From NCBI GenBank assembly GCA_963810095.1, contig CAWEMM010000010.1, forward strand, positions 128,001 through 192,000: 64,000 nucleotides of DNA. Reading direction: 5' to 3'. The notes below the pieces were generated by a model, which was given only the letters and a program-made list of their open reading frames with translations, searched no databases and was not told the DNA's origin. The DNA comes from an uncultured Chloroflexia bacterium (GTDB lineage: Bacteria; Chloroflexota; Anaerolineae; CG2-30-64-16). The translations under genes and the position numbers were made by a program. This document shows, in pieces, positions 33,036-44,511 of the stretch. Every line of letters begins with the position of its first letter. Position 1 is the first letter of the stretch.

Positions 33036-33711
33036 ATGCGTATTCTGACCGTCAGCGACAAGGTTGAGCCGGTTCTGTATGGCCCCTATATCCGGGAGCG
33101 GGTGGGCCAGGTGGACCTTGTCCTGGCGTGCGGCGACCTGCCGTACTACTACCTGGAATACATCGTCGGCTTGCTCGACGTGCCGCTGTTCTATGTGCAC
33201 GGCAACCACGACAAGGTCATGGCGCCGACGAGCCATGGTGTGCCCGCCGCGAGCGACACGATTAGCTGGGCGACGAACTTGCACGGCCGGGCCGTCGAGC
33301 ACAAGGGGTTACTGTTGGCAGGGCTGGAAGGGTGCCGGCGCTATTCGCCTGAACGGCCCTTCCAGTACACCGAAGGCGAAATGCGGCTGCAATGCGACGC
33401 GCCTGGGCCTGAAGTTGCTGCCGAATAAGCTGCGCCGCGGCCGCTTCGTCGATATCCTGATCACACATGCACCGCCCCGCGGCATCCACGACGACGAGGA
33501 TGTGCCGCACCAGGGGTTCGACAGCTATTTGAGCTTTATGCGCACGTACCGGCCCGTGCTCCTGATTCACGGGCACCAGCACGTGTATAACCGAAATTTG
33601 ACGATGGACAGCGTTTATGAGGGCACACGGGTGCTCAACACGTATGGGTATCGCGTGATCGAGTTGGCCGAAGACGCGGGCCGCTGGCAGGTCGTCAGCG
33701 GCAGCCGCTGA
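33036..33711 (+). CDS. Metallophosphoesterase (frameshift near 33395)
   Basis: VSD, ACGDL, HGNHD, THAPP, HGHQH. Confidence 0.9.
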
Positions 33712-33719
33712 AGGGACGC

Positions 33720-34289
33720 ATGAAGACGATTGCCGTGTTTGGCAGTTCGCGCCGTGACGAGAATAGCCCGTACTGGGCCGAGGCCCACGAGTTGGGCCGC
33801 GTTCTCGCGACCGCCGGCTACGCCGTCCTCTCGGGAGGCTATGGCGGCAGCATGGCCGCGGTGAGCCGCGGCGCGTCCGAGCACGGTGGTCACGTCATCG
33901 GCGTCACCTGCGCCATTTTCGACCCCTGGCCGTGCAACACCTGGCTGACCGAAGAGGTGAAGGCGCCGACGCTGATGGCCCGACTGGCTGTGATGATCGA
34001 GCGCTCTGACGCGTTTGTTGCGCTGCGCGGCGGCATCGGCACGCTCTCGGAGATCACCCTCGTGTGGAGCCTGCTGCAGACGCGCGAGCTGCAGGGCAAA
34101 CCGCTCATTTTGCTGGGCGCGGACTGGCGCGCGGTGGTGGACGCGCTCCGGCAGCACACCGACCTCGGCGGCTCCATCGCGGCGTTGGCCACGATTGTCG
34201 ACACCCCGGAGCAGGTTCTCTCCGCGCTGAGTGCGCAGGCCGCGCACGCCGCACCCCCAACACCTCTCGGCCCTCCGCCCGTCGGCTAA
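33720..34289 (+). CDS. LOG-family nucleotide phosphoribohydrolase-like protein
   Basis: IAVFGSS, GGYGGSM, LRGGIGTLSE. Confidence 0.9.
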   Translation: MKTIAVFGSSRRDENSPYWAEAHELGRVLATAGYAVLSGGYGGSMAAVSRGASEHGGHVIGVTCAIFDPWPCNTWLTEEVKAPTLMARLAVMIERSDAFVALRGGIGTLSEITLVWSLLQTRELQGKPLILLGADWRAVVDALRQHTDLGGSIAALATIVDTPEQVLSALSAQAAHAAPPTPLGPPPVG

Positions 34290-34355
34290 CCGGACCAGGG
34301 CAGGAGGGCGAACGAGCAGGTTCCCCGGTTTTCGTGGCAAACGTGAGTGTTTTCT

Positions 34356-34435
34356 AACCACGAAGAACCAAGACATGAGGTTTCACGACGCTTTATGGTC
34401 TTAGTGAGACTTCGGTTCTTCGTGTCTTCGTGGTT
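34356..34435. repeat. Palindrome of 9-nt tandem units, class B variant
   Basis: AACCACGAAGAACCAAGAC...TTCTTCGTGTCTTCGTGGTT. Confidence 0.65.
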
Positions 34436-34462
34436 CCGTTCCTGATGAATGAGGAGCTTACT

Positions 34463-35911
34463 ATGGCAGAGAAGGGTGTTACTCCGCGAGCGGAGGACTA
34501 TTCGCGTTGGTATACCGAGGTCGTGCAGAAGACAGAACTGGCAGACTACTCGCCGGTGAAGGGCTGCATGGTGATCCGGCCGTACGGCTACACGCTATGG
34601 GAGAACCTGCGCGACGGGCTCGACCGTCGTTTCAAGGAAACCGGGCATGTCAATGCCTACTTCCCGCTGCTCATCCCGATGAGCTTTCTGCAGAAGGAAG
34701 CCGAGCACGTGGAAGGCTTTGCGCCGGAACTGGCCGTCGTGACGCACGGCGGCGGCAAAGAGCTGGACGAGCCGTTAGTGGTCCGGCCGACCTCGGAGAC
34801 GATTATCGGGTACATGTACAGCCAGTGGGTGCGGTCGTACCGCGACCTGCCGCTGCTCATTAACCAGTGGGCCAACGTCGTGCGCTGGGAGATGCGCACC
34901 CGGCTGTTCCTGCGCACGACCGAGTTCCTGTGGCAGGAAGGCCACACCGCGCACGCCACCCAGCAGGAAGCGTTCGAAGAGACAATCCGCATGCTGGGCG
35001 TGTACGCCGACTTCGCCATCAACGACGCGGCGATTCCGGTCGTGCAGGGCAAGAAAAGCGAGCGCGAGAAGTTCGCCGGCGCAGTCGACAGCTACACCAT
35101 AGAAGCGATGATGGGCAACGGCTGGGCGCTCCAGTCGGGCACGAGTCACTTCCTGGGTCAAAACTTCGCCAAGGCGTTCGACATCAAGTTCCTGAATCAG
35201 AACAACGAGCTTGATTTCGCCTGGACCACGAGCTGGGGGCTGAGCACCCGCATGGTGGGTGCGATCATCATGACGCACGGCGACGATCAGGGCTTGATGC
35301 TCCCGCCGGTGCTGGCGCCGTTCCAGGCCGTGATCGTGCCGATCTGGCGCAAGGACGCGGAGCGCACCTCCGTGCTCGAGTACAGCCAACGCGTGTTCCA
35401 GACGCTGAAGGCGGGCGGAGTGCGGGTTAAGCTGGACGACCGTGACGAGTTGAGCGCAGGCTTCAAGTTCAACGACTGGGAGATGCGCGGGGTCCCGCTG
35501 CGCATCGAGATCGGCCCGCGCGACGTCGACCAGAACGCGGTGGTCTTTGCCCGGCGCGACATCCCGGGCAAGGAGGGCAAGACCTTCGGCGTGAGCGTCG
35601 ACGGGCTGGTACAGGCGACGAAAGATATGCTGGCGACCATCCAGGCGGCCATGCTGGCCCGGGCCACTGCCTTCCGCGATGCGAACACCCGCACCGCGGC
35701 AAGCTACGACGAGTTCAAGCAAATCCTCGAGGGCCCCGGCGGGTTCATTCGGGTGCACTGGGCCGGCACGAACGAGGACGAGGACCGGATCAAGGAAGAG
35801 ACCAAGGCGACTGTCCGGTGCTTCCCGTTCGACAAGCCGGAAGGCGAAGGGGTTTGCTTCTACACCGGCAAGCGGACGGATCGCGTCGCGATCTTTGCCC
35901 GCGCCTACTGA
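34463..35911 (+). CDS. proS: Proline--tRNA ligase, eukaryote/archaea-like type
   Basis: RPTSET, FLRTTEFLWQEGHT, SWGLSTR, C-terminal FARAY; no INS editing domain. Confidence 0.98.
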   Translation: MAEKGVTPRAEDYSRWYTEVVQKTELADYSPVKGCMVIRPYGYTLWENLRDGLDRRFKETGHVNAYFPLLIPMSFLQKEAEHVEGFAPELAVVTHGGGKELDEPLVVRPTSETIIGYMYSQWVRSYRDLPLLINQWANVVRWEMRTRLFLRTTEFLWQEGHTAHATQQEAFEETIRMLGVYADFAINDAAIPVVQGKKSEREKFAGAVDSYTIEAMMGNGWALQSGTSHFLGQNFAKAFDIKFLNQNNELDFAWTTSWGLSTRMVGAIIMTHGDDQGLMLPPVLAPFQAVIVPIWRKDAERTSVLEYSQRVFQTLKAGGVRVKLDDRDELSAGFKFNDWEMRGVPLRIEIGPRDVDQNAVVFARRDIPGKEGKTFGVSVDGLVQATKDMLATIQAAMLARATAFRDANTRTAASYDEFKQILEGPGGFIRVHWAGTNEDEDRIKEETKATVRCFPFDKPEGEGVCFYTGKRTDRVAIFARAY

Positions 35912-35920
35912 TCGCGCCCT

Positions 35921-35984
35921 AGCGCAAAGGCACAAAGACCCGGCGAGAGTCAGCCGCTCCGTCGTGTCCTTGTGCCTTTGTGTT
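35921..35984. repeat. Palindrome of 9-nt tandem units, class B
   Basis: GCGCAAAGGCACAAAGAC...GTCCTTGTGCCTTTGTGTT. Confidence 0.7.
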
Positions 35985-36013
35985 TAAGAATGCTACAATT
36001 CTCCGCGCTGACC

Positions 36014-36697
36014 ATGAACACGCTGCGTTCGCATTGGCCGCCGGCGTGGCCGGAGATTACCGATCCGCTCGTGCTCGATGCCATGGCCTCTGTTCCGCGG
36101 CACCTGTTCGTGCCGCCCGAACACCAGGATCAGGCGTACGAGGACGCGCCGCTTCCCATCGGCTTCAACCAGACGATTTCGCAGCCCTTCATCGTCGCGG
36201 CGATGACGCAAGCTCTGCGCCTGGATCGCGAGAGCCGGGTGTTGGAGGTGGGCACCGGATCGGGTTACCAGGCTGCGGTCCTTGCCCACATCACGCCGCA
36301 CGTGTGGAGCGTGGAGGCCCTGCCCGTCCTCGCCGGCGCGGCCCGTGACCGGCTGGCGGGGCTTGGCTATGGGGTGATCGTGAAGACGGGCGACGGCCGC
36401 TTGGGTTGGCCCGAGCACGCCCCGTACGACGCGATCGTGGTCACGGCCGCGCCCGCAGACGTGCCGCCCGCGCTCGTGCAGCAGCTGGCGCCCGGTGGGC
36501 GGCTGGTGATCCCGCTGGGCGAGGGCCACTGGGACCAGTCGTTGTGGCGGGTCGAAAAAGGTGAGGGTGGGCGCCTACGGGCCGAGCGGCTGGGCGACGT
36601 CCGCTTCGTGCCCCTGATTCAGAGCGCGCCGCCGGCAGCCGAGGACGCTGAACAGGCACAGATTCGCGCAGAGCTACAACGGCTGCTGGGACGGTAA
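36014..36697 (+). CDS. pcm: Protein-L-isoaspartate O-methyltransferase
   Basis: VPRHLFVP, QTISQP, LEVGTGSGYQ, APYDAIVVTAA, VRFVPL. Confidence 0.96.
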   Translation: MNTLRSHWPPAWPEITDPLVLDAMASVPRHLFVPPEHQDQAYEDAPLPIGFNQTISQPFIVAAMTQALRLDRESRVLEVGTGSGYQAAVLAHITPHVWSVEALPVLAGAARDRLAGLGYGVIVKTGDGRLGWPEHAPYDAIVVTAAPADVPPALVQQLAPGGRLVIPLGEGHWDQSLWRVEKGEGGRLRAERLGDVRFVPLIQSAPPAAEDAEQAQIRAELQRLLGR

Positions 36698-36750
36698 CAA
36701 ATCCGGTTTCTACCAGAAACCAGGTTTGCCGGAAAGATGCAAGGAGCGTT

Positions 36751-37591
36751 ATGCGCGTCGTCATAACGGGACATAACGGGCAACTGGGGCGCCAGCTTGT
36801 CGCCGCGTTCGCCGGCCACGAGGTGCTGCCGCTCGATTTGCCCGCGGACGACATTACCGATCCCCGCATCGTTCAGCGCATCGTGGGGTTCGCTCCCAAC
36901 GTGATCGTTCATGCCGCGGCGTACACCGACGTCGACGGGGCCGAGAAGGACCCGGAGCTGGCGTACCGGGTGAATGCGTTTGGCACGCAGAACATGGCCC
37001 TGGCCAGCCGGGCGGCCGGCGCGGCCTTGCTCCACGTCAGCACCAACGAGGTCTTCGACGGCGTGCAGCGTGAGGCGTATCGCGAGTGGGACCCGATCAA
37101 TCCCACGAGCACCTATGCCCGCACGAAGGGGGCCGCCGAGCGCATCGTGCAGGCGCTGGCCCCGCAGTTCTACATCGCCCGCGTGGCGTGGCTCTTCGGG
37201 CCCGGCGGAAACAACTTTGTCACAAAGATCCTGGCGGGGGCCGAGAAGTACGGGGCGCTGCGGGTGGCAGCCGACGAGTTCGGCAACCCCACCTATGCCC
37301 CGGATGCGGCCGCGGCCATGGCCCGGCTGGCCCACACGGGGCACTATGGCATTTACCACCTGACGAACGCCGGCTTCTGCTCGCGCTGACGAGTTCGCCT
37401 CCTCGATCATGCGCCTTGCCGGCAAACCGGACGTGCCCATCACGCCGATCCTGAGCGCCGAATGGCCGCGACCCTCGAAACCACCCCTTCACGCCGTTCT
37501 GAGCAGCTCGGCTGCGGCCGGCCTGGGCATCGCCCTGCCGCCCTGGCAGGAAGCGCTGGCCGAGTACGTCGCGACCCTGACTCACGCGTGA
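36751..37591 (+). CDS. rfbD: dTDP-4-dehydrorhamnose reductase (frameshift near 37388)
   Basis: ITGHNGQLG, HAAAYTDVD, YARTK, GIYHLTN; C-terminus continues in another frame. Confidence 0.9.
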
Positions 37592-37598
37592 GGCCCCG

Positions 37599-38558
37599 AT
37601 GTCTGCGAGCGTGACGGCCAGCATCATCATCCCGAACTACAACGGCAGGCGTTTCCTCGATACCTGCCTGGCGGCCCTGCGCGGCCAGACCTACCCCCGC
37701 GACTTGACCGAGATCATCGTCGTGGACGACGGGTCGACCGACGACTCGGTGGCTTATCTGGAAGCGCGTTATCCGGAAGTTAAGGTGGTTCGGCTAGACC
37801 ACAACAGCGGGCTGGCCGTCGGCTGTAACGCCGGCGCGCGGGCCGCCCGGGGCGAACTGCTGGTGATGTTGAACAACGACACGGAGGCCGAGCCTGGCTG
37901 GCTGGCCGGGCTGGTGGCAGCGGCGGAGGCACACCCCGAGGCCGGCGCCGTGGCCAGCAAGATGCTGCTTTTCGACCGCCGCGACACGCTGCACAACGCG
38001 GGCGACGTCATGGGCGCGGACGGCATCCCACGCAACCGCGGGGTCTGGCAGGTGGACAGCGGGCAATATGACGCCGACCCGTGTGTCTTTGGCGGGTGCG
38101 GCGGCGCCGTCGCCTATCGCCGTGCAGCGTGGGCAGCGACGGGCGGCTTTGACGAGCGGCTCTTCATGTACCTGGAGGACGTGGACCTGGCGTGGCGCCT
38201 GCAGTTGCTCGGATGGCAAGCCGTCTTTGCGCCCGAGGCCCGGCTGTATCACCAACTGAGCGCAACGGGCGGCGGGACGCTGGCGAGCTACTACACGGGG
38301 CGTAACACCATTTGGGTGATCGCCAAGAACATGCCCGGTCCGTTGTTACGGAGGTACATGGGCCGGGTCCTCGCCGGGCAGTGGCGGGTGACACGAGACG
38401 CTCTCCGCGCGTGGCGGGGCGCTGCGGCCCGGGCGCGGCTGCGAGGACAGCTGGTGGGCGTGCTCGGCCTGCCACGGGTGCTGGGCTGGCGCAGGGCCGT
38501 GCAGCGACAACGCAAAGTTCCGATCGAAGCAATTGATGCGCTGTTAGTGGATGATTGA
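37599..38558 (+). CDS. GT2-family glycosyltransferase (rhamnosyltransferase-like)
   Basis: IIIPNYNG, VDDGSTD, LNND, FMYLEDVDL. Confidence 0.93.
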   Translation: MSASVTASIIIPNYNGRRFLDTCLAALRGQTYPRDLTEIIVVDDGSTDDSVAYLEARYPEVKVVRLDHNSGLAVGCNAGARAARGELLVMLNNDTEAEPGWLAGLVAAAEAHPEAGAVASKMLLFDRRDTLHNAGDVMGADGIPRNRGVWQVDSGQYDADPCVFGGCGGAVAYRRAAWAATGGFDERLFMYLEDVDLAWRLQLLGWQAVFAPEARLYHQLSATGGGTLASYYTGRNTIWVIAKNMPGPLLRRYMGRVLAGQWRVTRDALRAWRGAAARARLRGQLVGVLGLPRVLGWRRAVQRQRKVPIEAIDALLVDD

Positions 38559-38562
38559 TTAG

Positions 38563-38699
38563 CACGCAGATTGAACTGATTGAACTGATCTGTATGATCT
38601 CGTTCCTATGGACTATCTCAGGCGGCGCTTGCAGCGCTGCCCTGCCTTCGGGTCGAGGAAGAATCAGGTCAATCGGTTGAATCAGTTCGATCTGCGTCC
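38563..38699. repeat. Palindrome of 9-nt tandem units, class C
   Basis: ACGCAGATTGAACTGATTGAACTGAT...AATCGGTTGAATCAGTTCGATCTGCGT. Confidence 0.75.
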
Positions 38700-38720
38700 C
38701 ATTCTACAAGGAGTGATGTG

Positions 38721-41311
38721 ATGGCCCTGATCGAGAAGCTTGGCAGTTTCTATCTCGGTAAAGAGTACGACCTCGTCAACAAGAAGTTGTTGGATGCGAT
38801 GGTCAATTATGATGCCCGCGACCTGACGACCCATGCGGTATGCGTTGGGATGACCGGCAGCGGCAAGACGGGCCTGTGTATCGACCTCCTGGAGGAGGCC
38901 GCGCTCGACGGCGTGCCGGCCTTGCTGATCGACCCGAAGGGCGATATCACGAACCTCCTCCTGACCTTCCCCGACCTGCTGCCCGAGAACTTCCTGCCCT
39001 GGATCAACCCCGACGACGCGCGGCGCAAGGGGCTCACGCCCGAGGACTTCGCCGCGGCGCAGGCCAAGCTCTGGCGCGACGGCCTGGCGAGTTGGGACCA
39101 GGGACCGGACCGCATTCGCGCGCTGAAGGCAGCCGCCGATTTCGCCATTTACACGCCGGGCTCCGAGTCGGGCCTGCCCGTCAGCATCATCAGCAGCTTC
39201 AACATGCCGAACCTGGACTGGGAAACGGAAGGCGAGGCCCTGCGTGAGCGCATCCAGGGCACGGTGTCGGCGCTGCTCGGGCTGGCCGGCGTCGACGCCG
39301 ACCCCGTGCGGAGCCGCGAGCACATCCTGCTCTCGACGCTCCTGGAGGACGCCTGGCGCAAGGGCGAGCCGATGGACCTGGCCAAGCTCATCATGGGAGT
39401 CCAGAAGCCGCCATTCCAACAGGTCGGCGTGCTGAACCTCGAGGCCTTCTATCCGGAAAAGGACCGCTTCGGCCTGGCGATGGCCTTGAACAACATCATC
39501 GCTTCCCCGAGCTTCGCATCGTGGCTCAAGGGCGAACCGCTGGACATCCCCAGCCTGCTCTATACGCCCGAGGGCAAGCCCCGGCACAGTATCTTCTACA
39601 TCGCGCACCTGAGCGACGCCGAGCGCATGTTCTTCGTCACCATCCTGCTCGAGTCCTTCATCAGTTGGATGCGCAGCCAGCCCGGCACCACCTCGCTCCG
39701 CGCGCTCCTCTACATGGACGAGGTGTTTGGCTATTTCCCGCCGTCGCAAAACCCGCCGAGCAAGCGCCCCATGCTCACGCTGCTGAAGCAGGCGCGGGCG
39801 TTCGGCTGCGGCATCGTGCTGACCACGCAGAACCCGGTCGACCTGGACTACAAGGGCCTGACCAATGCGGGCACCTGGTTCATCGGCAAGCTGCAGGCCG
39901 AGCGCGACAAGGCGCGCCTGCTTGCCGGTCTCGAAGGCGTGATGGCGGATGCCGGGTCGCTGTCTGACGTCAAGGTGCTGGACAAGACGATCTCGTCCCT
40001 CGAGAGCCGTGCTTTTATCTTGCACAACGTAAACCAGAGTGCGCCGATCGTGTTTCAGACGCGCTGGGCGATGAGCTACCTGCGCGGCCCGCTGACCCGG
40101 CAGCAGGTCAAGCAGCTGATGGCCGGCCGGAAGCCCGCCGCGGCACCTGCACCGGCTCGCACCCCCCCCCGACGGCACAAACCAACCTGGCAGCGGGAGC
40201 GACGGCGGCAGCCCAGGCCGCGGCGGCGGTGCCTCCAATGGCCAACGCACTGCTCGGGACCGCGCAGGGCGGCCTGTCGTCGGCGCCGCCGGCTGCACCG
40301 CCCGGCGTTAACCAGGTGTTCTTGCCCGTGCGGACCCGTGAGGGCGACGCCGTGGCCGCGCTGCAGGCGAAGACGGGCGCTGCCGTCAAGGCCACCGATC
40401 GCCAGTTGGTGTGTGAGCCTGCGCTGGTGGGCGTGGCCAGCGTGTCGTTCGTGGATCGCAAGACCGGCCTGAACGAGTCCAACGACGTCGCCGTGATGCT
40501 GCCGTTGGACCCACAGGCCACGGTGGTCGACTGGCGCGACTCGGCGCCTGTCGACATCGGGGAACGTGATCTGGCGACGCAACCGCCAGCCGGTGCGGTG
40601 TTTGCGGGCGGAGTGCCGGCCGGTCTCTTTGCCCCACGCTTCATGACGAAACTGCAGGGCGACCTCGTCGACCACCTGTACCGGACGCAGGCCTTTACCG
40701 TGCTCACGAATCCGACCCTGAAGCTCGTCGCCAAGCCAGGCGAGAACGAACGCGACTTCCGAGCCCGCTGTCAGCAGGCGGCCCGCGAATCGCGTGACGA
40801 GGCCGTCGACCAGGTCCGGGGGAAGTACGAGACCAAGCTGCAGAAATTGAGCGACCAGAAGGAACGCGAGGAACAAGAGCTGGAGAGCGACAAGGCGCAG
40901 CTGCAGGGCCGGGTGGGCGAGGAGATCCTCAGCGGGCTCGACACGGTCGCCGGCATGTTCGGCCTGTTTGGCACGCGGCGGCGGAGCTCGCTTTCAGGCG
41001 TGAGCCGGGTTGCCTCGAAGCAGCGCATGCAGTCCAAGGCCCGCGCAAATGTGCAGGAATCCGTCGACGCCATCAAGCGGCTCGAAGGCGACCTCACGGA
41101 GCTCAAAGGCGAGATGGAAGCCGAGATGAGCGCGACGACCGATGTGTGGACGAAGGCTGCCGACGACATCCAGCAAATGCAGGTGGCGCCGAAGAAGAGC
41201 GACGTGGACGTGCATCTCGTGGCCCTGGCGTGGGCGCCTAAGTGGCAGATCACCTACCAGGACGCACGGGGCCTCGCCCGCATGGAGACGGTCGACGCCT
41301 TTAGCGCGTAA
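38721..41311 (+). CDS. HerA/FtsK-like (DUF87/DUF853-type) ATPase with C-terminal coiled coil (frameshift at C9 tract 40162-40170)
   Basis: Walker [15 protein letters not shown], Walker B LYMDE, TTQNP. Confidence 0.88.
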
Positions 41312-41321
41312 TTGCGACGCT

Positions 41322-41394
41322 GCCACGAATTACACGAATTGAACGAACTGGGCTGATCCTACGAGAGATTCGTTCAATTCGGAAAATCCGTGGC
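41322..41394. repeat. Palindrome of 9-nt tandem units, class C variant
   Basis: GCCACGAATTACACGAATTGAACGAA...TTCGTTCAATTCGGAAAATCCGTGGC. Confidence 0.75.
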
Positions 41395-41404
41395 GGCCTC
41401 GGGG

Positions 41405-42848
41405 TCACCTGACCATCACGAGCATCAGGTCGTTGACGTTGGTCTGAGTGGGACCGGTGATCAGGAGGTCGCCGAGGCTGCCGAGCAGGTGATAGCTGTC
41501 GTTTGCTGCCAGGGCCGCGTGGGCGTCAAGCCCGCCGGCCCTGGCGCGCGCCAGCGTGTCGGATTCCGCGATGCCGCCCGCAGCATCCGTCGGGCCGTCC
41601 GTCCCATCCGTCCCCAGGCTGACAACGGCGGCCTCGATGCCTTCGGGCAGCCCGTGGCCTTCGAGGGCGAGCGCAGCGCTCAGCGCAAGCTCCTGGTTGC
41701 GCCCGCCCAGCCCTGGGCCGCGGACCGTCACAGTCGTCTCTCCGCCCAGCACAAGGCACGCCGGCCGCTGGATGTCGGATTGGCCGGCAGCGATGCCCTG
41801 GGCCAACCCGGCCAACACGCGGCCGGCCTCGCGTGCCTCTCCCTGCAGGAACGTCGTAACGAGCAGGCTGTGGTAGCCCCGGCTTGTTGCCTCGGCGACC
41901 GCGGCCCGGCCCGCAATGGCGTTGTCACCGACGACCGTGCTCGTGACCCGGTCGAACAACGGGTCGCCCGGCTTGGGTGTATCGGGGATTTGGGCCGCGA
42001 GGCCGCGCCGGATGTGCTGGGCTACGGCCGCCGGGGACCTGTTCCACGAGCGCATACCGTTCGAGCACGGCCCAGGCATCGGCGTAAGTGCTGCGGTCCC
42101 CAACGGTCGGGCCGGAAGCGATCGCGTCGAGAGGGGAGCCCACCACGTCGGAGAGAATCAGCGCGGCCACGTGTGCCCGGGCTGCCAGGCGCGCAAGCTG
42201 CCCGCCCTGGAGCCCCGAACAGTGTTTCCGGACCATGTTGATCTCGGCAATGCCTGCCCCGGACTTCAATAACAGGTCGTTGAGCTTCTGGTAATCGGCG
42301 AGGCCGACGCCGTCGACCGGCAGCGGCAAGAGGGCCGACCCCCCGCCGGAGATCAGCACTATGACGAGGTCGCGTTCGGTGAGTCCTGTCAGCAGGTGGG
42401 CGATACGCCGGGCGCCCGCCAACCCGGCTTGATCCGGTACGGGGTGGCCGGCTTCGACGATCTCGATTGGGCCCGTCCTGGCCTGGCGCTTCGTCTCGGC
42501 CGGTTCGCCCCCTCGCCCAAAACGAAGCCGCCAGCCCCCCGCAGCCGACGTGTGTCCGTGCTTGACGTTGACGGCGCCCCCTGTGATGAGGCCGCCTGTC
42601 GCGGCGTCGCCCAGCACTTCGTACGCCGCCGCTGCCATGGGCGTGCCGGCCTTCCCGGCGCCCACGACCAGGATCCGGTCGATCTCAGCCAAGCGGTAAA
42701 TCCGCCCGCCGATCCGCAGGCTGTTGCCCTCGAGCGCCAGGTTAGCCAGAATGGCCTGGTATGGGTCGACGGCCCGGATCGCCGCGTCGAGGACCGCCAG
42801 AGCATCCTCTCGCAGAGACGAACGGGGGCCTGCATCCTCGGCGGCCAT
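41405..42848 (-). CDS. Glycerate kinase type 2 (MOFRL), frameshift near 42035
   Basis: GAGKA, AGHPVPD, ISGGGSAL, GGETTV, GGRNQE, TDGTDG, TNVNDL. Confidence 0.93.
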
Positions 42849-42908
42849 GCTCGTTCCCTCCATCCTATTCTGCTGCGCCGTACCGTGAACGCGGCGGGTG
42901 CAACGGCG

Positions 42909-44276
42909 TCACTGCCCGTTGATGGCAGCATCGACCGCCGACGCCGGGTCGCTCTTGCCCGCCAGCACCGCCTCGATCGCCGCACGTATCCGCTCGGCGG
43001 TGCCGGCATAGTCGGTGCCGGCGGGCAGGCTGCGCGCCTGCGCCAGCAGCGAGTCGAGGAAGCTCATGTAGGGGCCGTCTCCGACCAGTTCCAACGCGTC
43101 GGAGGAGGTGGGCAGCCAGCCGGCACGCGCCGTCCATGCCCCGGCATTTTCCGGCTCGAGCAGCCACGCGAGAAACTCAGCCGCCGCCTGCTGACGAGCG
43201 GGGTCTCGGGTGACGATTGCGAGGGCCCAGCCGCTCGCCAGGCTGGGCGCGGGCCCGTCTGCGCCGGGCGTTGGGGCGTACTCGCCAGGTGCGTTGCCAC
43301 GGCCAAGGAATTGTCGGGCGCTGACGTATGCCAGGGGGCCCTGCCCCTGGGAAAAAGCGTTCCAGGTCTCCTCTTCGTCCGCAAGCCCCTCGCCCGACGG
43401 CGTGAGGACCCCGGCTTGCGCCGCGTCGGCGTAGAAGGCCAGGAGCTTGAGCAAGGGCTGCGGCTCGAGCAGCAGCCGGCGGTCTGCGGCGAGCGTGGCG
43501 CCGGCCGAGAGATACTGGCCCAGGACCGCGTGCGACAGGGCCGCTGAGGGTTGGCCCGCCGAACCTTGCGCGCTTCCGGTTTGCGCCCGCCCAATCGGGA
43601 AGAGGTACGCGGTGCGCCGCGCCAGCAGGTCGATCCAATTGGCAGGCGGCTCGGCGATCTGAGCAGGGAGATAGGTCGCATGGTCCACGTCGGCCAGGTA
43701 CTGGACCGCGTACAACTTGCCGTGGAACAGGCCCGCTTCAGAGGCAAAAGGGTAGAGGCTTTCGGTCACACGGCTGTCGAGTAAACCGTCGAGCGGCTGG
43801 AGGAGGCCGGCTTCAACTGCCTTTTCAACCTCCGCCACATCGAGTGCAATGATGTCTGGCAGCATATCGGGCGCAACGGGCTGGGAAGAGCGCAGCGCAT
43901 CTAGCAAGCCGCCCTTGCCGTACCGTGCCTTCCGCACCGCGTCGACGCGCACCTGGCCCCCCTGCGCCGCCGAGAAGGCTTCCATCTGCCCTGCGAGGAT
44001 CGGGCCGGCCGGTTGGGGCGCCTCCGGGCTCAGAAACTCCGGCGTCCACCACACCAGGGTCATGTCGTCCGCCTCGGCAGAACTGGCCGAGGTGGGCACG
44101 CTGGTGGGCTGCGGGGCAGCCGTGGGCGTGCTCGGGCGTGCGGTTGCGGGGGCAGGTGCGGGCGTGCCCGTGCAGCTCGCAAGCATCCATGCGAGCAAGA
44201 TCAGCAGCAGGGTTGGCAGCCACGCGGCGCCAGGGCGAGCGACGCCGTCGTTGCGGCGGCCTGAAGGAGTTGTCAT
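42909..44276 (-). CDS. Extracellular solute-binding lipoprotein, no adjacent permease
   Basis: LASC lipobox, Pro/Thr linker, PDIIAL, GLLQPLD, GWALAI. Confidence 0.85.
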   Translation of the reverse strand: MTTPSGRRNDGVARPGAAWLPTLLLILLAWMLASCTGTPAPAPATARPSTPTAAPQPTSVPTSASSAEADDMTLVWWTPEFLSPEAPQPAGPILAGQMEAFSAAQGGQVRVDAVRKARYGKGGLLDALRSSQPVAPDMLPDIIALDVAEVEKAVEAGLLQPLDGLLDSRVTESLYPFASEAGLFHGKLYAVQYLADVDHATYLPAQIAEPPANWIDLLARRTAYLFPIGRAQTGSAQGSAGQPSAALSHAVLGQYLSAGATLAADRRLLLEPQPLLKLLAFYADAAQAGVLTPSGEGLADEEETWNAFSQGQGPLAYVSARQFLGRGNAPGEYAPTPGADGPAPSLASGWALAIVTRDPARQQAAAEFLAWLLEPENAGAWTARAGWLPTSSDALELVGDGPYMSFLDSLLAQARSLPAGTDYAGTAERIRAAIEAVLAGKSDPASAVDAAINGQ

Positions 44277-44456
44277 AGGGCTAAGCCGATTCTACGAAGG
44301 GCCAGGTCGTAAAGCGTTGGGCGTCGCCTGGGCGTACCGCACCGTTCTTCGACGTGGATCTGATTCAGACGATTATATCCCCGAGCGCATCCGGGCGCTA
44401 CCGGGGATGAGTTTGTGACGCTGCCGAGGGCAGAAAGGCTCCCGCTTAAAGAACAA

Positions 44457-44485
44457 CCGCGTGCTCCTCGTAGAGAAGCACGCGG
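44457..44485 (-). terminator. Putative terminator hairpin after clpC
   Basis: CCGCGTGCT...AGCACGCGG stem followed by TTGTTCTTT on the minus strand. Confidence 0.55.
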
Positions 44486-44511
44486 CGGCCGTTACGGCTT
44501 TATCGCAAAAC

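Noticed and set aside
34463-35911. Archaeal/eukaryote-type ProRS as recent horizontal transfer
   Set aside because: This type is common in several bacterial phyla, and codon usage matches neighbouring genes.
37384-37393. TGA in rfbD as selenocysteine or readthrough
   Set aside because: The protein continues in a different frame; removing one G restores CSRYEF, so this is an indel.
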